Shown here: positions 1-8,917 of the stretch, piece after piece
How the letters are laid out: each line of letters starts with the position of its first letter
Position numbering within the stretch: position 1 is the stretch's first letter
Assembly: GCA_046758505.1 (NCBI GenBank)
Contig: JBHIAH010000003.1
Location: 28,178 to 92,177, forward strand
Reading direction: 5' to 3'
Source of the DNA: Candidatus Methylomirabilales bacterium
GTDB taxonomy: Bacteria; Methylomirabilota; Methylomirabilia; Methylomirabilales; CSP1-5
Length of the DNA: 64,000 nt
The notes under the pieces: generated by a model
Seen by the model: only the letters and a program-made list of their open reading frames with translations
Told to the model about the DNA's origin: nothing
Database searches by the model: none
Translations under genes and position numbers: made by a program

Positions 1-249
1 TCCCCCATCGGAGAGCTGCTTGGCCTGGAGGTAATTGGCGGCCTTCCGCTCCCGGTCGCGATCCACCCGACCCAGAAAGTGGCGGAGCATGATGTACTCC
101 GAGGTCAGGGTGCTATCCGCCTCCAGTTCGCCAAGCCAGAACCCCTCGGGATGCTGGAGGCTCAGGAGATACTTTTGCGCCCGCCGAATAGCCCCTTCCA
201 GGATCTCAGCCGTGGGACCGACGTCACCCGTCGAAGATGACAAACGCAT
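1..249 (-). CDS. shc: squalene-hopene cyclase, N-terminal fragment (gene continues past window start)
   Basis: Manual reverse translation from ATG at 249-247 gives MRLSSSTGDVGPTAEILEGAIRRAQKYLLSLQHPEGFWLGELEADSTLTSEYIMLRHFLGRVDRDRERKAANYLQAKQLSDGG. This matches the canonical SHC N-terminus (YL...Q..dG.W, RVDRDR, YL...Q..DG). It is absent from the ORF track because the window edge truncates it. Confidence 0.8.
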   Translation of the reverse strand, partial: MRLSSSTGDVGPTAEILEGAIRRAQKYLLSLQHPEGFWLGELEADSTLTSEYIMLRHFLGRVDRDRERKAANYLQAKQLSDGG

Positions 250-288
250 CTCCCTTCCCCGCCGATCGTTGGGGCGGGACCGAATCGA

Positions 289-975
289 TCAGTTGATGAA
301 GAACGAGACCCCGATCATCAACAAGCTGTCGTTAATCCCGTCATTGTCGGAGTGGATCCCGGCGTTCGAGATATGATGGAACCGCCATTCCCCCGTGAAG
401 GCCGTCCGCTCCGAAACGAAGTAATGAAACCCCACTCCCCCCTGGGGGGTAAAATTGAACCCATCTTGCTGCGACTTGAGGCCAATGTCCAAAAAGATGA
501 TGCCTGCCCCGAACTCCACAAAGGGGATGAAATTGCCCCCGCCCTTGGGCAGAAAATTGTACCGGAACATCGCGGTGATCCCACCGGCAAAGCCATCCTC
601 GGGCTCGAAGTTGACGAGAAACGCCCCTTCCCCGAGTAGCTCAAGGTTTCCCCGGTACCAGGCTTTCCCTCCCATGGGGTCACTGATCCCGATCCCCCAG
701 CGCGGAGCCGCATAGAAAAACCGCACATCCTCCAGTTCGCCATTGTCGGTCCCGCCGAGGGGGAGAGCATGCCCGTATCCTACCGAGAGCCCAATTTCCT
801 GTTTGCCCAGCCTGAACAAATCCGCCGGGGATCCCTGGGCTGCCTTCTCCGGCTTCTCGGGAGACTCGGAGCCGGCGCCGGCTGCCCATCCCTCCTTCGG
901 AAGGAGAAGCATCATCACAACCGTCACGGACAGCACCACCCTGTACGGCTGTCTCCTGGGAGCCCCCTTTCTCAC
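289..975 (-). CDS. PagL-like lipid A 3-O-deacylase / acyloxyacyl hydrolase outer-membrane protein
   Basis: 228-aa ORF with an N-terminal signal-like hydrophobic stretch and beta-barrel-like alternating sequence. The C-terminal motif RFHHISNAG matches the His/Ser active-site signature of the PagL family. GTG start at 975. Confidence 0.65.
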   Translation of the reverse strand: MRKGAPRRQPYRVVLSVTVVMMLLLPKEGWAAGAGSESPEKPEKAAQGSPADLFRLGKQEIGLSVGYGHALPLGGTDNGELEDVRFFYAAPRWGIGISDPMGGKAWYRGNLELLGEGAFLVNFEPEDGFAGGITAMFRYNFLPKGGGNFIPFVEFGAGIIFLDIGLKSQQDGFNFTPQGGVGFHYFVSERTAFTGEWRFHHISNAGIHSDNDGINDSLLMIGVSFFIN

Positions 976-994
976 CCTGACCTCGCAGACCCGC

Positions 995-1630
995 TCATTC
1001 TTCGGCCCGCTTGACGCGCATTTTCTTGACCAGCTCGTCGAACGAGGAGGTCCGGATGATCCTGTTGAACTGTGACTGATAATTGGTGACGATGCTCACC
1101 CCGTCGATCACGACATCGAACAGCTCCCATTGCCCGGTGCGGCGCTGCAGTCGATAATCGACCGGCAGGCGATCCCCCCGCTTGTCCACGAGGACCGTCT
1201 GCACGAGGGCCTTGGTCCCATCCACCGATTGTCCTTTATAGATGATCCGCTGCTTCGGCAGTGAATCCAGGACCATTCGGCTGTAGGAGCGCTCGAAGAG
1301 CTCCCCGAACAGGGCCACGAAGTCTTGCCGCTGCTTTCCCGTCAACGTGGCCCAATGGGCATTCAGGGATCGCTCCGCCATCTCCGCATAGTTGAACCGG
1401 GCGGCGATCAGCTTTCGAATCTCCCGTTTCCGCCTCCCTTCCAACTCCGGCCCCTGCAGGGCGGGATCCTTCAGGACGTGCAGGGCCCTCTCCAGGATGT
1501 CCCGGACCCGATCGAGGGGCGCACCTTCGGCTGCCCTGACCGAGACGGGCAAGAGCAGTCCCGGCAAAAGGATTCCGAGCCACAAGATGCGGCATACCCG
1601 AAAGCCGTGCCGCCGCTTGGATCTTCTCAT
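995..1630 (-). CDS. MlaC/Ttg2D-family periplasmic lipid-binding protein (HpnM-like), paralog 1
   Basis: 211 aa with a signal peptide. The toluene-tolerance Ttg2D/MlaC-like core is present (FNYAEMAERSLNAHW, DVVIDGVSIVTNYQSQFNRII). The start codon overlaps the hpnN stop (ATGA at 1627-1630). Confidence 0.8.
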   Translation of the reverse strand: MRRSKRRHGFRVCRILWLGILLPGLLLPVSVRAAEGAPLDRVRDILERALHVLKDPALQGPELEGRRKREIRKLIAARFNYAEMAERSLNAHWATLTGKQRQDFVALFGELFERSYSRMVLDSLPKQRIIYKGQSVDGTKALVQTVLVDKRGDRLPVDYRLQRRTGQWELFDVVIDGVSIVTNYQSQFNRIIRTSSFDELVKKMRVKRAEE

Positions 1631-4401
1631 CTCAAAGGCCTCCGCTCTAGTGGCCGCTCGTGGTCCCTCTCCCCGTGCGGCAGTTGCCAGGACCCTTGGG
1701 CGTATCGACCCGCGTGCGGAGCCTCCCCCACCGGTTCCACCTTCCTCGCACCGTAGAGGACCCAGAGGAAGGCCGGGAGAACCGTCAGTGAGGCCAGGAG
1801 GATGCTCCCCACCCCGACGGACAAGAGGAAGCCAAGACTAAAGATTCCTCGGTGGCTGGCGACCATCAGGCTGCCAAACCCCACCATGGTGGTGGACGCA
1901 GAGAGAAAGACCGCCCGGCCCGTGCTATTGGCGATGATGGAGCCCTTGCCTTCCTCCTGCAGACACCGCTTCACGATGTGCAGACCATTCATGATCCCGT
2001 ACCCGGCAATGAGGGGGAGCAGAATGAGGTTGGCCAAATTAAAGTTGATCTTAAACAGTTCCATCAATCCGAGGGTCCAGGCCCCCCCGACCACAAGGGG
2101 GAGCACCGCCAGGAGCAGATGCCCCAGGCTGCCGAAGGACCAGAGGATCACCACAACCATTGCAGCCGCCGCGTACAGCCCGCCGAGCAGATACCCCCTC
2201 TCCATATTGTGGCCGTCTTCCCAGGCGGTCACCGGGTCCCCGATGATATCCGGATCCACCGAATGGACATCCCGCACAAACCTTTGGACGCCCTCGCGGC
2301 CCCAGCTATTCCCCTGCGGAAACACCTTGAGGAGATAGGTCCCCTTCGTGCCGACGAACCGATCCCTGAGCTGTCGCGGCAAGTCCGCCACCGTCATGGG
2401 CCTCGCCTTCAGATTTTTCCGGAGCACGGTGATTTTCTTCTCGAAGTCGGCAAAGAGGCCGGCCTGGATCGTACCCAGCGATCGTCTCCACTGCGCGGCA
2501 TCGCCTTTTTTCAACCGGGCCTTGATGGCGTCCAGGAGCCGCCGCGCCTCCTCCAGCTCCCTATCTGACGCCGAGCTGAAACGCTCCTTATCCCCCAGCT
2601 TGAATCGCATGCGCCCAAGGGTCGCCTGAAGCGCCTTGACGTCCACCGGTTCCAGCCGCCCGAAACGGGGAGCAAGCCCATGCAGGGGGGCACGAAGTGC
2701 CCGAATGATACGTAGCTTGCTGGCTGCATTCTTCGGCAGGAAGGAGAAGACGGTCTGGACGCGATCGACCGACGGGAGCGCTTCCAGGCTGGCCTTTTTG
2801 GTCTGGACTTCCTTCGCCGACCGGGCCAGTCCGATCCCGTACCAGGTCGATGTCCCACCGTCGGCAAGGAGCCGGCGCTCCCACTGTACCGATTCCGTCC
2901 CCTGCGCCTGAAGCTCCAGGAGGTTGAACTCGATCCGAATCTTGCCGAGGGCGGGAAGAGCGGCCACGGCCAGCACGCCCGCCCCGGCGATCATGATTCG
3001 GGGATGATGACTCCACCGTTCCAAGACCCCGAGGAACGACGCCGGCCGGGAGCCAAACCGCGCCCCCTCCGTCTGCTCGCTCACGACCAGCAGCGCCGGA
3101 AGCACGGTAAGGGTTGCCCCAAGGCAGAGGAGCAGGCCACTCCCTGTGATAAAGCCGAGCTCCACGAGACCCTTAAAATTGGTGAGCAGCAGACTGTAGA
3201 AGGCGACCACCGTGGTGATCGCGCCCGTCACGATCGTCACCGCCCGGTGAAAGGTATTCTCGAGCGCGTCAGCGGCATCCCGACCGGCTGCCCGCTCTTC
3301 CTCGTACCGCTCCAACAGATGGATGTTGTAATCAATGCCCAATCCGATGAGGATCGGGATAAACATGGCGCTCAGGATATTGAGGGACCCGACGGTGAGC
3401 GTGATGAACCCCAGGGTCCAGGCAACTCCCATAGCCAGGCTGATGAGGGCCCGGAGCGGGGTGAGGAGGCTTCTCCAGAACAGGAGAAACAGAATGCTCA
3501 CCCCCACGAGCGACAGGATGGTGGCCCTCGTCGCATCCCGTTTCGCGGTCACGATTTCGTCTGATGCCAGGGCATCCGACCCCGTGACCCCCGCTTCGAT
3601 GCCCGGGTAGACTTGACGCAGCTCAGCGATCGCCGTGCGGATCCGCCGGATCGACTCCCGCTTCGGCACCAGGGTGCGCCCGCCTGTACCACGGGCCCTG
3701 GCCAGGAGGAGGAGGTACCTCTTATCCTCGGTGAGGAGATACCCTCCGGAAACCGGCTCCTTCCCGGCACCCAACCACTCTGCCCAGGGGGAAGCAGTGG
3801 TGTGGAGGCCCCTCAATCCGTCATTGACCTGCCGGAGCAGGGCGTTCAGGAAGGTAAGATCCACCTGCCCCGATTTCGCCTTTTCCTCCTCCAAGAAGCC
3901 GGTGAAGAGATGCCCCACCACCGCCTGCCCCATCTCCCGGTTGATTCCGGTAAAGAGGGTGTTGAGCCCTGGCGCGGCGGTGAGTTCCTGGATCAGCACC
4001 CGGTGGTCCTCAATCTTCTGGCGCAATGTCTGGAGCTCGTCCCGGGACAGGTACTGGAGGCCATGCGCTTCGAAGGGGGCATCGTCAACCCGATAGAACA
4101 GCTCCGTGATATGGTCCGGGTCCTTCTGGAGGCGGGTGGCCAGGGCCGAGACGAACTGCTTGGCCCGGCCGAGATCAGAGGCATCTACCACCACCACGAT
4201 ACTGTCTCGGTCCGGGAACTCCCGCTTGTAGGCCTGTTTGAGTGTGAGGAGACGTTTCCCGGTAAAGATCAGCTCCGATCGACTGGGGTGAATCTCTAGC
4301 CACTGCATCGCCGCCAGCAGAGAAGCGAATGCGAGCAGACTCGTCAGCAACAAGACGACCCGGGGATGCCGAAGGATCATACGAGACCACTGCTGGGCCA
4401 T
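1627..4401 (-). CDS. hpnN: hopanoid-associated RND/MMPL transporter HpnN
   Basis: 924 aa with two MMPL-type 6-TM bundles, each preceded by a large periplasmic loop. It sits inside a hopanoid gene cluster flanked by HpnM-like genes. Confidence 0.8.
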   Translation of the reverse strand: MAQQWSRMILRHPRVVLLLTSLLAFASLLAAMQWLEIHPSRSELIFTGKRLLTLKQAYKREFPDRDSIVVVVDASDLGRAKQFVSALATRLQKDPDHITELFYRVDDAPFEAHGLQYLSRDELQTLRQKIEDHRVLIQELTAAPGLNTLFTGINREMGQAVVGHLFTGFLEEEKAKSGQVDLTFLNALLRQVNDGLRGLHTTASPWAEWLGAGKEPVSGGYLLTEDKRYLLLLARARGTGGRTLVPKRESIRRIRTAIAELRQVYPGIEAGVTGSDALASDEIVTAKRDATRATILSLVGVSILFLLFWRSLLTPLRALISLAMGVAWTLGFITLTVGSLNILSAMFIPILIGLGIDYNIHLLERYEEERAAGRDAADALENTFHRAVTIVTGAITTVVAFYSLLLTNFKGLVELGFITGSGLLLCLGATLTVLPALLVVSEQTEGARFGSRPASFLGVLERWSHHPRIMIAGAGVLAVAALPALGKIRIEFNLLELQAQGTESVQWERRLLADGGTSTWYGIGLARSAKEVQTKKASLEALPSVDRVQTVFSFLPKNAASKLRIIRALRAPLHGLAPRFGRLEPVDVKALQATLGRMRFKLGDKERFSSASDRELEEARRLLDAIKARLKKGDAAQWRRSLGTIQAGLFADFEKKITVLRKNLKARPMTVADLPRQLRDRFVGTKGTYLLKVFPQGNSWGREGVQRFVRDVHSVDPDIIGDPVTAWEDGHNMERGYLLGGLYAAAAMVVVILWSFGSLGHLLLAVLPLVVGGAWTLGLMELFKINFNLANLILLPLIAGYGIMNGLHIVKRCLQEEGKGSIIANSTGRAVFLSASTTMVGFGSLMVASHRGIFSLGFLLSVGVGSILLASLTVLPAFLWVLYGARKVEPVGEAPHAGRYAQGSWQLPHGERDHERPLERRPLR

Positions 4402-4431
4402 GACCGGTTTTGCCCCTCCTGCGGATCCCGA

Positions 4432-5070
4432 TTATCGCTTGCGGGTGGGAACAGTGCTCAGCGCTTCGGCTTCCTGCTTGACCCGCATCTTTCGGAGAAG
4501 GTTAGCATACGAGGAGGTCTGGATGATGCGGTTGAACTGGGTTCGGTAGTTACTCACCAGGCTGACGCCTTCGACCACCACATCGTAGACCTTCCACTGG
4601 CCGGTGCGGCGGATGACTTTGTAATCAATGGGGATATCAATATGCTCCTTCTCGCTGACGATCTTGGTCCGGACGACCCCATACCTTTTATCCGCCTGCT
4701 CCTTGGTATAGAGGATTTCTTGATCCGTGTACGATTCGAGCTTCTTGTGATACGACCGCTCCAAGAGATCGGCAAAAAGGTCCACGAACTCTTTTCGCTC
4801 CTTGGGTGTCCGCTTGCGCCAATGTATGCCGAGGGAGCGCCTCGCCATTTCCGCGAAGTCGAACCGGGTAAAGATGACGGCTCTCAGCTGCGTCCGCCGC
4901 ACCTCCTCCTTCTCGGGGGCCTTCAGTGCCGGGTCCCTCAAGATATCCAGGACCCGGTTAATCGTGGCCTTCACCTGGGCCGTCGGCCCCTCCTGGGCAA
5001 AGGACAAGGTCGAAAAAACCAGGATACCGATCCCGGTAAGGATCAGGGTCTGCCGTGTCACCCTACGCAT
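4432..5070 (-). CDS. MlaC/Ttg2D-family periplasmic lipid-binding protein (HpnM-like), paralog 2
   Basis: 212 aa with a signal peptide. It is clearly paralogous to 995-1630 (FDFAEMARRSLGIHW, DVVVEGVSLVSNYRTQFNRII). A good RBS (AGGGGAGACG) precedes the ATG at 5070. Confidence 0.8.
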   Translation of the reverse strand: MRRVTRQTLILTGIGILVFSTLSFAQEGPTAQVKATINRVLDILRDPALKAPEKEEVRRTQLRAVIFTRFDFAEMARRSLGIHWRKRTPKERKEFVDLFADLLERSYHKKLESYTDQEILYTKEQADKRYGVVRTKIVSEKEHIDIPIDYKVIRRTGQWKVYDVVVEGVSLVSNYRTQFNRIIQTSSYANLLRKMRVKQEAEALSTVPTRKR

Positions 5071-5118
5071 CGTCTCCCCTCCTGAATGGTCTCAAGCCGG
5101 TCCGCCTCCCCGTTCACC

Positions 5119-6522
5119 CTACCGTACCGAGAACCCCCGCACAGCCTCCCCCGTCGCAAAGGCCAGGTTGGCCAGCGCAATCCGTTGATTGTAGATGGCG
5201 CGAAAATTATCCGTCCGCATCTCGGCATAGGTCTTCAGCGCGTCGGCGAGCTCCCTGGCCTCCCCAATCCCCAGGTCGAAGTTCGCCACGGCCGTCACCA
5301 GCCACCGGCGGGCCTCGCGATAGCCCCGTTTGGTTGTCTCCATGTCCTTCTGGGCTTTTTGCAACTCCAGGTGGGCCTTCCGCACTTGGAGGGGGATCCC
5401 GTGATCGGCAAAATCTCGCTTGTGGAGCAGCTTGGTATATTCCGCCTCGGCCTCGTGGATCTTTCCTTTCGTGATCCCGAAGTCGAAGTGCCACTTCAGG
5501 CCGAGGACGACCCCCCCCTGGGCGTGTTGGAGTGGATCGGTGATGATCGGGACCTCACTGAAGTCCCGGTTGGTGCTCTGAGCCACATCGGCTAAGAACG
5601 CCGCATAAAAGACGGGATACTGGTCCGCGGCGGCGGCGTCGACGAGGGCCTTTCGAGCCTTGATCCCCTCCCGCAGCTGCACGAACTCGGGGCGGTGCTC
5701 CTTGGCCGTTTCGATATAGCTCTCGACGCCCCTGGCTTCTGCCTTGACCGGCACCAGGGTCTTGTCCGCCAATTCGAACTCGACCCTTTCATCAAGCTGG
5801 AGGACCATGCGCAGCGCACCCTTGGCGAGCGTGAGCCCCTCCTCGGCCTCGTCAATGCCCTTGTCCACCTGTGCCCGGAAGGCCCGCAGCTTGTACACGT
5901 CGACCCAGGTGGCCGCGGGGGAGCCGGCCTTCACTTGGCGTTCGGCCTTGTCCAGGGCCTTCTGAAGCTCATCCCGGATCCCATCGACGAACTCCCGAAT
6001 TTCGTGGGCCAGCAGGTACCCGTAGTAGAACTGCTTGACCTGGAGGGCCACCTCGGAGGCCTTCTGATCGACGGCCGCCTCGCTCACGTCGATGCCGCGC
6101 GCTGCCGCCTCGCGGAAGGCGCTGATCTTCCCGAACGTGTACAGGGGCTGGATCAGGGTGATCACGGCCCGGCCGAAGGCGCCGTTGATCACCGGGTCCG
6201 AGGTCTTCGAATTGGACTTGATGGTCCCGTCGCTCCCCCCGGACCTCGCGAGATCCGACTCGGGCGAGGGGCCTCCGAAGATGTTCGCCTCGAGCTGCGC
6301 CCACTTGGCCGCCTCCGCCTGTTGCTGTTTGCTCCGGCTCATATCCACGCCAGCCCGGGCCTCCTTGACTTGGGGGCTCACCTCGAGCGCCCGCTTCACG
6401 GCCTCGTCCAGGCTGATGACCAGCTTCTTCGGTTCACCCGGCGGCTGCCCCTGCGCAGCCGCCGAAAGGGGCGCCAGCACGATCAAGATAAGAGAGATGC
6501 CGGATGCGACAATTGCGGCCAT
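5119..6522 (-). CDS. TolC-like outer-membrane efflux protein
   Basis: 467 aa with a signal peptide (ends LSAAAQG). The body is two repeated long coiled-coil/beta segments typical of the OEP/TolC family. Confidence 0.75.
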   Translation of the reverse strand: MAAIVASGISLILIVLAPLSAAAQGQPPGEPKKLVISLDEAVKRALEVSPQVKEARAGVDMSRSKQQQAEAAKWAQLEANIFGGPSPESDLARSGGSDGTIKSNSKTSDPVINGAFGRAVITLIQPLYTFGKISAFREAAARGIDVSEAAVDQKASEVALQVKQFYYGYLLAHEIREFVDGIRDELQKALDKAERQVKAGSPAATWVDVYKLRAFRAQVDKGIDEAEEGLTLAKGALRMVLQLDERVEFELADKTLVPVKAEARGVESYIETAKEHRPEFVQLREGIKARKALVDAAAADQYPVFYAAFLADVAQSTNRDFSEVPIITDPLQHAQGGVVLGLKWHFDFGITKGKIHEAEAEYTKLLHKRDFADHGIPLQVRKAHLELQKAQKDMETTKRGYREARRWLVTAVANFDLGIGEARELADALKTYAEMRTDNFRAIYNQRIALANLAFATGEAVRGFSVR

Positions 6523-6559
6523 GGCACGCCTCCTCTATGCTATGACGGTTCCTCAGCCC

Positions 6560-7009
6560 TCAGAATTTGCCAAAAATAAAACTGCCGATCAGCTCCTCGA
6601 TATCAATGGGCGGTTCGGTTTCGTGGATTGTGCCTCCGGGGGGGATGAGCTCATCGGACCCCCCGGGACTCAACCGCACATACTTCTCGCCGATGAGTCC
6701 CTTCGTCTTGATAGAGGCGATCGTGTCCTCCTGCAGCTCGACGCCATTGTCGATCCGCAGCGTGACCCGTGCCTGGTAATCGACCAACGCGATGTCCTCG
6801 ACCCGACCGATCTGCACCCCGGCGATCTCCACGGCCGTCCCTTCCTTCAATCCCCCCACGGTGGGGAAGTCGGCGGTCACCGTGTATCCCGAGAGTCCAA
6901 AGACCTGCATCTTGCCCAACCGCACAGAGATATAGGTGAGGGCGAAAATGCCCAGGAGCAGGAACAGACCCACCACCACTTCGAGATCCACCCGTCTCAT
7001 CGTGCGCAC
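6560..7009 (-). CDS. mlaD: MlaD (single MCE-domain) lipid transport protein
   Basis: 149 aa with one N-terminal TM helix followed by an MCE domain (GLKEGTAVEIAGVQIGRVEDI). The ATG at 7000, preceded by GAGGGTG, is an alternative and perhaps better start. Confidence 0.85.
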   Translation of the reverse strand: MRTMRRVDLEVVVGLFLLLGIFALTYISVRLGKMQVFGLSGYTVTADFPTVGGLKEGTAVEIAGVQIGRVEDIALVDYQARVTLRIDNGVELQEDTIASIKTKGLIGEKYVRLSPGGSDELIPPGGTIHETEPPIDIEELIGSFIFGKF

Positions 7010-7011
7010 CC

Positions 7012-7758
7012 TCAGTCCGGCTGGATCGGGCCCTCCGGATCGCCGGTGATGAACTGTCGGACCACGGGAGTGGCGGAAGACTGGATCGCCTCCGGCGGTC
7101 CCACCTCGACCACCACCCCATGGTGGAGCATCGCCACCTGGTCGGCAATGCCAAAGATCTCGGGGATCTCGTGGCTCACCAGGATGGCCGTAAACCCGAT
7201 GCGCCGATGCAGGTCGAGGATCAGCCGGTGAATTGCATTGACCATAATCGGATCGAGGCCGGTTGTCGGTTCGTCAAAGAGCACAATCTCGGGTTCCATG
7301 GTCAGGGCGCGGGCCAGCGCAACCCGTTTCTTCATCCCCCCGCTCACCTCGGCGGGATACTTAGGGCCCATGTCCGCAAGCCCCACCTGCTTCAACAAGG
7401 TTAAGGTCTTCTCCCGGATGGCCTCGTCGGGCAGCCGGGTTTTCTCCCGAAGGGGGAAGGCGACGTTCTCGTGAACGGTCAACGAATCGAAGAGCGCCCC
7501 CCCCTGAAAGACCACGCCGAATCGCTCCCTGAGCCGGTCGAGGGCCCGCCCGCGGATGTGCGTGATCTCCACGCCACCGATAAGAATCTGGCCTGCATCC
7601 GGTTTGAGGAGACCCATCAGATGCTTGAGGAGGACGCTCTTGCCACCGCCACTCCTGCCGATGATGACCAGGATCTCCCCCTGACCGACCTGCAGGTTTA
7701 CTCCCCGAAGAACCTGCTGCCCCCCGAAGGACTTATGCACATTGCGGATCTCGACCAT
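7012..7758 (-). CDS. mlaF: MlaF ABC transporter ATP-binding protein
   Basis: 248 aa with Walker A GRSGGGKS, ABC signature VSGGMKKRVALARAL and Walker B IVLFDEPTTGLD. Confidence 0.9.
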   Translation of the reverse strand: MVEIRNVHKSFGGQQVLRGVNLQVGQGEILVIIGRSGGGKSVLLKHLMGLLKPDAGQILIGGVEITHIRGRALDRLRERFGVVFQGGALFDSLTVHENVAFPLREKTRLPDEAIREKTLTLLKQVGLADMGPKYPAEVSGGMKKRVALARALTMEPEIVLFDEPTTGLDPIMVNAIHRLILDLHRRIGFTAILVSHEIPEIFGIADQVAMLHHGVVVEVGPPEAIQSSATPVVRQFITGDPEGPIQPD

Positions 7759-7770
7759 GGGCCCCCAGGC

Positions 7771-8544
7771 CTATATCACCAACAGCACCGAGCCGAGGAA
7801 GTAATCCCAGACCAGGATCAACACCGAGGAGAGAACCACCGCCTCCGTGGTGGCCCGGCTCACTCCCTCTGCTCCGTAGCTGGTATAAAATCCCTTGTAG
7901 CACGAGACCCACGTCACCAGGAGTCCAAAGCTCACCGATTTGAGGATCCCCTGGGTCACATCCCGAAGGCTCACGTAGGTCTCCATCTGCCCGAAATAGG
8001 TCCCCTCCCCGACGCCCAAGAGCTTCACGCCTACGAGATACCCTCCGTAAATCCCCACCAGATCGAAAATCGCGGTGAGGAGGGGAAACGTGATCAGGCC
8101 GGCCAAGATGGTCGGGACGATCAAGTATCGCATGGGGTTGAGTGCCATCACGGTGAGCGCATCGATCTGTTCGCTGATGCGCATGATCCCGATTTCAGCC
8201 GTCAAAGCCGAGCCAGCCCGCCCCGTGACCATCAGGGCGGAGAGGACCGGTCCTAACTCGCGGATGAGGCTTAGGGCTACCGCCGAGCCCAGGAAGGCCT
8301 CCGAGCCGAACTTCCTCAACGTATAGAACACTTGCAGGCCCAGGACCATTCCGGTAAAAGCCCCGGTGAGCACGATCACCGAGAGGGATTTGGCCCCGAT
8401 GAAGTGGATCCGGGCGACCATGCGCCGCCACTTCAGGGGAGGGACAAAGGCCCAGAAAATGGCGGAGCTCAGAAAGATCACCATTCGTCCGCCGTCCCGG
8501 AGGAATTGCAGGAACCACTGTCCGAGGAGTTCCAGGACCCTCAT
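7771..8544 (-). CDS. mlaE: MlaE ABC transporter permease
   Basis: 257-aa polytopic membrane protein with MlaE/YrbE-type motifs (LGPVLSALMVTGRAGSALTAEIGIMRISEQIDAL). Confidence 0.9.
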   Translation of the reverse strand: MRVLELLGQWFLQFLRDGGRMVIFLSSAIFWAFVPPLKWRRMVARIHFIGAKSLSVIVLTGAFTGMVLGLQVFYTLRKFGSEAFLGSAVALSLIRELGPVLSALMVTGRAGSALTAEIGIMRISEQIDALTVMALNPMRYLIVPTILAGLITFPLLTAIFDLVGIYGGYLVGVKLLGVGEGTYFGQMETYVSLRDVTQGILKSVSFGLLVTWVSCYKGFYTSYGAEGVSRATTEAVVLSSVLILVWDYFLGSVLLVI

Positions 8545-8917
8545 GGCCCTCCTTCACAGAGCATGGAGATTCCGTCGCGCAACGTACCGTAGCGCCAGGC
8601 CAAGACCCCTGATTTTACTCCCCGAGAAATATGGTGGCAAGCATGAAAAACTCCCCCCCACAGCAGGCCAAAGATCACGCCCGTTTTGAAGTCTACTGTA
8701 TAAAGTATAAAAACGACCAAATGTCAAGAATATCCGGGCCTTTCTCGAAGACGCCCCGCCGACCCCTGGCGCTTCGGACCACCCCCCTCCCAGGACAGAT
8801 CCAGGGGGACGGGCCAGACGCGGCCCCTCGTGCCGGGCGATTTTTTTGGTTGCAAAATTGGCGCATCCGCCTTAGGCTGAATGCTCACGTGCGAACCACG
8901 ATCTCGCGAGGAAGTCG

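Noticed and set aside
8545-8917. A TTGACA hexamer (minus strand, 8727-8722) in the AT-rich divergent intergenic region, considered as the promoter of the mla-hpnN-shc operon.
   Set aside because: No acceptable -10 hexamer lies at 16-18-nt spacing (the candidates are TTTATA, TTATAC and CTTTAT), so I do not call a promoter.
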